Source: an uncultured Gammaproteobacteria bacterium (lineage in GTDB: Bacteria > Cyanobacteriota > Vampirovibrionia > LMEP-6097). From it: a stretch of 64,000 nucleotides of DNA. The notes beneath the pieces were generated by a model. That model made no database searches, was not told the origin of the DNA, and was given only the letters and a program-made list of their open reading frames with translations. Shown here one piece after another: positions 57,234-64,000 of this stretch. Position 1 is the stretch's first letter; every line of letters starts with the position of its first letter. Location of the stretch: the NCBI GenBank assembly GCA_964551135.1, contig CAZKAT010000001.1, positions 148,224 to 212,223 of the forward strand. The letters are read 5' to 3'. Both the position numbers and the translations under genes were made by a program.

Positions 57234-58064
57234 TTGATTCAGCTATGCGATAATCAAACTCCCAAGATGATTCGTTTAAGCCTAATAATGCTTCTACTAT
57301 TAGTTACTTGCTATCCAGCGAGTGCTGTGGATTTGAGCATGTTAGAACGCCATAATAAACTCAGTCTTAAAGTAGACTCCTTAGGTTCAAATCTTAATCA
57401 ACTAAAATCTAAGATCGACAAGTCTTACTATAGTTCGTTTTATAAGCACGCAAAGAAAGTTTATGATCAAGAACGAGCGCTTTATAAACAATATTTCTCA
57501 TTAGAGAAAACTAAACTTACAAGTAATCAAAGAGAGATAGCTAATAAACTTCAGAACCTGAAAATATTACACCGCAATTCAACGCAAATGGTAAACCTTG
57601 CGCAAGAACTCTATACTTTAGAGAAAGCTGATAAAGAAACTTTAGATCAAGCTGTAAGCACTGCTAAAGCTTTGGTCATGGGCTACGATCCTAATGGCGC
57701 TGGAGTCTTTGGACAGGCTAGTATGGTTTCTGGTAATTGTATGCCAGGACCTCTTAGTAAGAACTCAAGTTGCACTACTAGTTTCGTTTCAAGAAATATC
57801 TATGTAAGAGAACTCACTAGTGTAGATGATAGTGTCACTTATGGTTACTTTCAGTTTGATGATGAACCGATTGCCTCTATTGTGTCTGATGAACAAGGTA
57901 TGTATTCTCTGGACTTAGAACCTGGTACTTATAGTATTTTTATTGAAGATGATGGCAAGGAATATTGTAATAATTTTAATGTTGATGGTGTTGCTTGTTT
58001 AATAGAAGTCAAAGCAGATCTTAAAACCGACTTTAATATAACTATAGATAAAGCTACTTGGTAA
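57234..58064 (+). CDS. Exported protein, helical N-domain plus a transthyretin-like/carboxypeptidase-regulatory-like C-domain
   Basis: Signal peptide; SDEQGMYSLDLEPGTYSI; four Cys; true start probably later. Confidence 0.55.
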   Translation: MIQLCDNQTPKMIRLSLIMLLLLVTCYPASAVDLSMLERHNKLSLKVDSLGSNLNQLKSKIDKSYYSSFYKHAKKVYDQERALYKQYFSLEKTKLTSNQREIANKLQNLKILHRNSTQMVNLAQELYTLEKADKETLDQAVSTAKALVMGYDPNGAGVFGQASMVSGNCMPGPLSKNSSCTTSFVSRNIYVRELTSVDDSVTYGYFQFDDEPIASIVSDEQGMYSLDLEPGTYSIFIEDDGKEYCNNFNVDGVACLIEVKADLKTDFNITIDKATW

Positions 58065-58088
58065 CTTGATTCTAGGCTTTGTAACTTT

Positions 58089-58197
58089 GTTATCCTGAGG
58101 GAGGGCAAAGCCCGACCGTAAGGATCCACTTTTATTAATAGACTATTCGTAGTAGTGGATCCTTACGTCGCAACCTACGGTTGCTCCTCAGGATGAC
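58089..58197. repeat. Nested palindromic REP/MITE-like element
   Basis: GTTATCCTGAGG/CCTCAGGATGAC ends; inner TAAGGATCCACT/AGTGGATCCTTA; side hairpins GGGC-AAA-GCCC and GCAACC-TAC-GGTTGC. Confidence 0.8.
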
Positions 58198-58235
58198 GAA
58201 ACCTTATTATCAATAGCATCTTGTATAATTCTAAT

Positions 58236-58628
58236 ATGCGCTTATTACACACCATGCTCCGTGTCGGAGATCTAGAGAGATCTCTCAAGTTTTATACTGA
58301 AGTTTTAGGAATGAAACTTTTACGCCGTAAAGATTATCCAGATGGTAAATTTACTCTTGCTTTTATTGGTTATGGTGATGAAGCTAATAATACTGCTATA
58401 GAACTTACATATAATTGGGACACCAGTTCTTATGATCTAGGCAAGGGCTTTGGGCATATCGCTATTGAAGTAGAAGATGTATATAAGGCTTGTGATGAGA
58501 TTAAAGCTAAGGGCGGGAAAGTAGTTCGTGAAGCAGGTCCTATGAAGCATGGCTCATCAGTATTAGCTTTTGTAGAAGATCCAGATGGTTATAAGATAGA
58601 GTTACTCAGTCCGAAAAGAAAGGATTAA
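58236..58628 (+). CDS. gloA: Lactoylglutathione lyase; start reassigned to ATG 58236
   Basis: [36 protein letters not shown]. Confidence 0.96.
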   Translation: MRLLHTMLRVGDLERSLKFYTEVLGMKLLRRKDYPDGKFTLAFIGYGDEANNTAIELTYNWDTSSYDLGKGFGHIAIEVEDVYKACDEIKAKGGKVVREAGPMKHGSSVLAFVEDPDGYKIELLSPKRKD

Positions 58629-58629
58629 T

Positions 58630-58950
58630 ATGAAAGTCATTGTCGATCTATGTTTGGTGCCAATGGGAATCGGAGTGTCGGTATCAGAGTATATTGCAAT
58701 TTGCGAAAAGATTCTTCAAGAAGCTGGATTGAAAACTCATCTTCATGCTTATGGTACTAATATTGAGGGAGAATGGGATGCGGTGATGGCAGCAATTAAG
58801 CGTTGTCATGAAGCTGTGCATCAAGCTGGTGCACCAAGAATTACTACGACCATTAAACTTGGAACTAGAACTGATAGAGAGCAAACTATGGAAGATAAAG
58901 TTGAGAGTGTTAAGCGAAAATTAAATGAGACTTTATTACGAACAAAATAA
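58630..58950 (+). CDS. MTH1187/thiamine-binding family protein
   Basis: VPMG...SVS.YIA, LHAYGTNIEGEWD, GTRTDR.QT..DK. Confidence 0.88.
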   Translation: MKVIVDLCLVPMGIGVSVSEYIAICEKILQEAGLKTHLHAYGTNIEGEWDAVMAAIKRCHEAVHQAGAPRITTTIKLGTRTDREQTMEDKVESVKRKLNETLLRTK

Positions 58951-58972
58951 TCATGTGCTATTATTTTGATTC

Positions 58973-60061
58973 ATGGGTCGGGACTTCATTAAATTTTTAA
59001 ACAGTTTATCGTTGTCAGAAGAAGAGAGGCAAAAAATGATGCCTCGTTGGCGAAGGCCTCCTCCTATCAAAATTCCTCCACATCACGACTTACCTACACA
59101 TAAAAGACCAAAGCTTGAAGATTTCCCTAAAAGTTTTCATGGTAGTAATAGTTCAATTGATCGGTTACTTGATAGTATTGATTTGAAATCTTCCAAAAAA
59201 TATCTTTTAGTTTTTGATATAGATGGGACTTTAATGCAAAGTTTTCCTAATGATATGGTCTTTGATATAGAACGAGCAGGGAAAACTCCGCGAGCTGTTA
59301 TTCAAAAGTTAGATGAGATAAATGAAAAATACTCTGACAAATTAAAAGCAGTTTGTTTAACTGCAAGAAATCTTCAAGACTTTAGCTTAATAAGAAGTTT
59401 TAATCAAATACCTATCTATGGTGCTTTTGGTTATGCAAAAGTAACTAAAGAAGATGGTTATCAACCACACTTTGAAAAACATTTACAGGGATTTTTAGAC
59501 ATACTTGGTTGCGGAAATTATGGATCACCAGAATTTGGAACCTCTGTGCTAGCAATGCAGTATTTACAAAGGTTTTTAGAGCCGTTTGAGATTCAACCTT
59601 TGATAGATTATACTGTAGATCCTAATGCAGTTTGTCTAAAACTTAGAAAATCTACTATTGACTATAAAGACGATATTAAAGGATTGGTACTTGATGTGTT
59701 GAGGAAAACTCCAACAACAGTGGGTCTTGAACCAGATGAACATTGGACTTGTACTGAATCTGTTGATGGTAGTTATTTGATTTTCAACAACGGTAAGATT
59801 GCTTTTGATAAAGCTAATGGAATGAAGTTCATTCTTGATGAGGAAAAGATTGATAAAGATACAACTGTAATTATTTTTGGAGATTCTGGTACAGATCTCA
59901 AAGCCATGCAAGAAGCTAAGAGAAAATTAGGAAAAGATCGAGCTATTAATGTAGCTGTTGGTACACAGCTGGCTAAGGATAAAGATGTAGATTTTATTTT
60001 TAGAGATCACATTGATACTAGAAGATTCGTTGGTAGATTAGCAGATAGGCTAGTTGCTTAA
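58973..60061 (+). CDS. HAD IIB phosphatase (trehalose-6-phosphate phosphatase-like) with an N-terminal extension
   Basis: FDIDGTL, LTAR, FDKANG, FGDSGTD. Confidence 0.7.
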   Translation: MGRDFIKFLNSLSLSEEERQKMMPRWRRPPPIKIPPHHDLPTHKRPKLEDFPKSFHGSNSSIDRLLDSIDLKSSKKYLLVFDIDGTLMQSFPNDMVFDIERAGKTPRAVIQKLDEINEKYSDKLKAVCLTARNLQDFSLIRSFNQIPIYGAFGYAKVTKEDGYQPHFEKHLQGFLDILGCGNYGSPEFGTSVLAMQYLQRFLEPFEIQPLIDYTVDPNAVCLKLRKSTIDYKDDIKGLVLDVLRKTPTTVGLEPDEHWTCTESVDGSYLIFNNGKIAFDKANGMKFILDEEKIDKDTTVIIFGDSGTDLKAMQEAKRKLGKDRAINVAVGTQLAKDKDVDFIFRDHIDTRRFVGRLADRLVA

Positions 60062-62928
60062 TCTCCCACAAACCCTCTGCGCATAGTATTTTCAGTAATA
60101 GTTTTCTCTTGAGCAAATTGCAGTAAGTAATTAGGTCCGCCGGATTTAAATCCAATACTAGATTGCTTGAGACCACCGAAGGCTTGGCGGGAGACTACAG
60201 CTCCAGTGGAGCCGCGATTAATATATAAATTACCCACCATAAATTCTTCCGAAGCTTTCTCTATGCTAAGTGGACTACGAGAATAGAAAGCTCCGGTAAG
60301 CCCATAAGCTGTATCATTAGCGAGTTCTAAGGCATGATCTAAATTTTTAGCTTTGAATACAACTAAAACTGGTCCGAATATTTCTTCTTGTACCAGTTTA
60401 TGGTCTGGAGCTAAATCAGTGAAGATATAAGGACTGAGATAGTAGCCTGATTCTGGTATAACTAAGTCACCAAGCAGCATAGTGGCATCTTGTTTGCCTA
60501 AGTCAATATATTGAGAGATTTTGTATTGAGCATTGACATCTATTACTGGTGGCATAGTAGTTGCTTCATCACTAGGGTCACCTATGTTAATCACCTGGGC
60601 AGCTTCTATTAAGCGTTCTATAAATTGCTGATAAATATTTTCGTGAATTATAACTCTAGAACAAGCAGAACATTTCTGACCCGCATAACCAAAGCTAGAG
60701 TGAATCACTCCTGGTATAGCCTCGTCTAGATCTGCGCTTTCATCGATGATAATTGCATTCTTGCCACCCATCTCGGTGATAACACGTTTCACTGGTCTAG
60801 CTTGACTTGCTGTATCGTGAATGCTCATGCCTACAGCGCTTGAGCCTGTAAATGCTATTAACCTGGTCTTGGGATGTGCAACTAAATATGATCCTATAGT
60901 TTTACCATCACCAGGAATGAAGTTTACTAAGCCTTTAGCATAGTCAGCTGCTATATCTTTTACTGATTGATTTAGTAAGTTTAAGAATTCATGAGCGATA
61001 ATTGAAGTTTGCTGAGAGGGTTTGACGATTACGGCGTTACCCATAACTAAAGCTCCCACTGTCATGCCTGCCATAATCGCTAGTGGAAAATTCCATGGAG
61101 AAATAATTACTGCAACTCCATAAGCTTGATAATGATTGGTATTCTTCTCACCTGCTAGTGATCTAAGTTGATTGACTTGCATTGCTAATGCTTGCGCTGC
61201 GTAATATTCAAGGAAGTCTATAGCCTCAGACACTTCTCCATCAGCTTCTAGCCAAGGTTTACCAGCTTCAAGACATAGTAGAGCATTAAATTTATAACGA
61301 TTGTCTTTTAGTTTTTGTGCTGTAAGCTTAAGTACTTCTGATCTGAGTTCTGGTTTAGCTTGAGACCATCTCTTATAAGCTTGCTCTGCTGCATTGATAG
61401 CCTTGTCGCAATCAGCTATGGTACTGTGAGAAACTCTTCCTAGTACCTCTGTAGGTTTAGCTGGATTGAGTGATTCGAAATAATGGTCATTGTAAATTTT
61501 GTTGCCATCTATATAAACTGGATATAATCTTTCTTCATTAAGCTCTTGTCTAAGACTTTTAATTGCATGCTTCATTCTTTCGCGATTAAGTTTTTTAGAG
61601 AAATCTATATTAGGATCATTAGTGAATCCATGGGTACCTAGTTCTTTACTTTCCATTGGTTCTGGAGAAGGATTTCTTAATAGTTCATCAATATCTCTTC
61701 CTTCAAGCATTCCTTGTCTTAAGAATGAGTCGTTAGCAGTGTTCTCTAATAGTCGTCTTACCAGGTATGACATACCTGGAATTAGCTCACCATAAGGCAT
61801 ATAAACTCTGATGGTATATCCATGCTCAGCAAAATAGTCTTTAAGTGAATCCATCATGCCATAGAGCATTTGGAACTCATAACGTGATTGATCTATATTA
61901 TTGGTTCTAACGTAATTTAATGCATGAGCCAGCGATCTAATATTATGCGAAGCTAATGCAGGTCTAAGATGCCTGTGATTGTTCAGTAAGATTTCTGTAA
62001 GCTTCTCATAGTTAGCATCAGATAGATGCTTCTCGGTGAATACAGGTACTTCCCAGTTATGCTGCTGACTAATAGCATATTCATAATCCCAGTAAGCACC
62101 CTTCACTAGTCTTACTGTGATTGGAGTAGAGCGAGTTTGCGCCCAATGAATCCAAGTCCTCAAGTCATGCTCACTTTCTTTTAGGTAAGCTTGAATGACA
62201 ATCCCAGCGCTAGTCCAAGATCTAAACTCTTCTTCCATTAAGAGCTCGCGAATAATTTCATAAGTTAGTTCTTTCCAGGCATAATGCTCAGTGTCTACAT
62301 TAATAAATGATCCTTGCTGCTTAGCTATGCGATAGATATTGCGTAAACGTTCTTTGATAATAGCTTTCTTATTAACGAAGTCTAGTAGATTGACTTGTGG
62401 TATCATAGCGGAGAGCTTGACAGAGATATTTACCTGTGGAATTTCTGTGAGTAATGTTATATATTCATCATAGTAGTGCTGTGCTTCCTTCTCGCTTAGA
62501 GCTAGCTCGCCAAGTATGTCTAAGGTGTAGTCTTGTTTTTTTCTTTTCAGTTCTTGAATTTTTACTAAGGCTTCTTCAGTGTTAGAGCCGCATATGAAAC
62601 TTGCCGCTAGCAGTTTCACAGTAGTATGTACTCCCCAATCCAGGATTTTATTAACCATAGGATTATTGATTAAAAAATTAGGACTAGAATTAGTTAGGTA
62701 TTCAAATAAATATTGAGAGATTTGTTTAGAGTTTTGTAGTGTCGGTAGTACATCCACAAACCTGAATAGTTCTTTTTGTAATTTAGGATTAGAAATACTG
62801 AGCTTAAGCATCTGATTCTTAAGAAAATCAAGCTTAAATAGGTTCAGACCAGAATCTTTGGCCTTGATATATTTAAAGAGCTCTCTTCCGATAGTTTCCT
62901 CGGGGCTTGGTTTGCTGCTGGTTTTCAT
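60058..62928 (-). CDS. putA: Bifunctional proline dehydrogenase/P5C dehydrogenase
   Basis: RLVKGAYWD, ASHNIRS, YLVRRLLENTAN, EMGGKN, GQKCSA, EEIFGP. Confidence 0.94.
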   Translation of the reverse strand: MKTSSKPSPEETIGRELFKYIKAKDSGLNLFKLDFLKNQMLKLSISNPKLQKELFRFVDVLPTLQNSKQISQYLFEYLTNSSPNFLINNPMVNKILDWGVHTTVKLLAASFICGSNTEEALVKIQELKRKKQDYTLDILGELALSEKEAQHYYDEYITLLTEIPQVNISVKLSAMIPQVNLLDFVNKKAIIKERLRNIYRIAKQQGSFINVDTEHYAWKELTYEIIRELLMEEEFRSWTSAGIVIQAYLKESEHDLRTWIHWAQTRSTPITVRLVKGAYWDYEYAISQQHNWEVPVFTEKHLSDANYEKLTEILLNNHRHLRPALASHNIRSLAHALNYVRTNNIDQSRYEFQMLYGMMDSLKDYFAEHGYTIRVYMPYGELIPGMSYLVRRLLENTANDSFLRQGMLEGRDIDELLRNPSPEPMESKELGTHGFTNDPNIDFSKKLNRERMKHAIKSLRQELNEERLYPVYIDGNKIYNDHYFESLNPAKPTEVLGRVSHSTIADCDKAINAAEQAYKRWSQAKPELRSEVLKLTAQKLKDNRYKFNALLCLEAGKPWLEADGEVSEAIDFLEYYAAQALAMQVNQLRSLAGEKNTNHYQAYGVAVIISPWNFPLAIMAGMTVGALVMGNAVIVKPSQQTSIIAHEFLNLLNQSVKDIAADYAKGLVNFIPGDGKTIGSYLVAHPKTRLIAFTGSSAVGMSIHDTASQARPVKRVITEMGGKNAIIIDESADLDEAIPGVIHSSFGYAGQKCSACSRVIIHENIYQQFIERLIEAAQVINIGDPSDEATTMPPVIDVNAQYKISQYIDLGKQDATMLLGDLVIPESGYYLSPYIFTDLAPDHKLVQEEIFGPVLVVFKAKNLDHALELANDTAYGLTGAFYSRSPLSIEKASEEFMVGNLYINRGSTGAVVSRQAFGGLKQSSIGFKSGGPNYLLQFAQEKTITENTMRRGFVGD

Positions 62929-63065
62929 GGGATTAACGGCTTCTGTAGCTGTTATTCCACCAACTCATTTTCCAGGCTGGGCTTAAGCTGCTATACAAAT
63001 TCTTAAGCTTTATAGGCTCTAAATCCTTGAAATACCAGATATGACTGGGTTATCATTAGCCCCCT

Positions 63066-63671
63066 ATGGCAAAATATACAGGACCTAAGGATAAATTATC
63101 AAGAAGATACGGCGAGCTGCTTTCAGGCATGCCTATATTCGAAGTGGCTAAGAGGCCCTACAAATCTGGTCAACATGGTCAACGCAAAGCTAAGATTTCT
63201 GAGTTCGGTTTACTTCTAAAAGAAAAACAAAAACTTAGATTCAGCTACGGAGTTATTACTGAGAAGCAATTCAGAAAGTACGTACAGAAAGCTATTCGTA
63301 TGAATGGTCCTAGTGGTGAGATCCTACTTCAACTCTTAGAGAGAAGATTGGATAATATGGTTTACAGACTTGGTTTCGCACCTACACTTGCAGCAGCAAG
63401 ACAGTTAGTTGGTCACGGTCATATTCTAGTAAATAATTTCAAAGTAGATATCGCTTCTTATCAAGTGAACCCAGGAGATACTATTGCTATCCATCCTAAG
63501 GCTCGTAAGATGACTGCTATAACTGAAGCTATGAAGAATTGGGTAGATGTACTTCCTTATATTAAGAGAGAGAAGAATGCTTTTGAAGGTGAGTTTGTTG
63601 AGATCCCATCTCGTGAGCTTATACCTATGAACGTTAACGAACGTATGATTATTGAGTTCTATTCTAGATAA
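63066..63671 (+). CDS. rpsD: 30S ribosomal protein S4
   Basis: KYTGP, GQHGQ, LKEKQKL, LERRLDN.VYRLGFA, ARQLV.HGH, IIEFYSR. Confidence 0.97.
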   Translation: MAKYTGPKDKLSRRYGELLSGMPIFEVAKRPYKSGQHGQRKAKISEFGLLLKEKQKLRFSYGVITEKQFRKYVQKAIRMNGPSGEILLQLLERRLDNMVYRLGFAPTLAAARQLVGHGHILVNNFKVDIASYQVNPGDTIAIHPKARKMTAITEAMKNWVDVLPYIKREKNAFEGEFVEIPSRELIPMNVNERMIIEFYSR

Positions 63672-63715
63672 GCCTCTTAACCTAACTTTAGTCTAATTTG
63701 GGGAATAATAACTAA

Positions 63716-64000
63716 GTGAAGATTCTAAAGCAGTTCTTAATATTGCTCTTATTCATTTGCTCTTTTATGAGCGTAAATGCTGCTGCTTATACTGAGCAAA
63801 ATTTATCTATAAAGAAGCAAGCTGCACCCACATCATTCAAACTTAGTGTAGCTAACTCAGATGCTACTTTCGTACCATCTGATGTTGGAATTATTGGTGT
63901 GAAATATTTGCATCGTAAGGGTGACATGAGTACTGTGATAGAAGTCTATCCACATACACCTGCGGAACGTGCTGGCGTTCAAGTTGGTGACAGAGTTTTA
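63716..64000 (+). CDS. Exported PDZ-domain protein, 3' truncated and absent from the ORF track
   Basis: My translation: MKILKQFLILLLFICSFMSVNAAAY...GIIGV...VIEVYPHTPAERAGVQVGDRVL. Confidence 0.7.
   Translation, partial: MKILKQFLILLLFICSFMSVNAAAYTEQNLSIKKQAAPTSFKLSVANSDATFVPSDVGIIGVKYLHRKGDMSTVIEVYPHTPAERAGVQVGDRVL

Noticed and set aside
58045-58629. TPP riboswitch for the thiamine-binding family gene
   Set aside because: The gene starts 1 nt after gloA; the upstream structure is the palindromic repeat and lacks the CUGAGA motif
443-59911. Numerous short ORFs (60-126 aa) overlapping or antisense to recognised genes, for example 8769-9149, 11780-12091, 24200-24550, 30566-30937, 35625-35993
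   Set aside because: Shadow frames of well-supported genes with no recognisable motifs
1-64000. tRNA, rRNA, tmRNA, integrase or transposase genes
   Set aside because: None recognised when reading the intergenic regions; a tRNAscan/Infernal run would be needed to exclude atypical RNAs

Overview
AT-rich, gene-dense bacterial chromosome segment with about 65 CDS. I found no tRNA, rRNA, CRISPR array, integrase or transposase. The RpsL, SSB, PutA, MgdA-like and SLH proteins look cyanobacterial, lpxA indicates a diderm envelope, and no photosynthesis genes are present. A non-photosynthetic Cyanobacteriota relative (Vampirovibrionia/Melainabacteria) is therefore my inference, not a proven assignment. 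Housekeeping content: murJ-ftsEX, rfbFG, murE, glyQ, glmS, dnaK, ssb, acpS, ispF, nrdR, truA, grpE, pyrK, rpe, rpsLG, argS, def, lpxA, trpS, obgE, tyrA, gloA, putA and rpsD, plus a lipoylation/glycine-cleavage cluster. The most unusual signals are: (1) a synonymously recoded duplicate of the def 3' end that brackets an inserted 813-bp gene unit; (2) at least four families of small palindromic elements, two of them sitting in frame inside lpdA and one supplying the N-terminus of rpe; (3) a two-copy, roughly 120-135 bp element built on paired GGGGTCAAAA motifs, one copy upstream of a solo LuxR-type gene; (4) a catalytically dead GlgB-like protein coupled to a 7TM-HD phosphodiesterase; (5) an apparent GcvPA-GcvPB fusion; (6) many -10 boxes only 6-12 nt upstream of start codons, against which glmS stands out with a long structured leader; (7) a pair of divergent paralogous membrane proteins. 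All homology calls come from motif recognition by eye; no searches were run.
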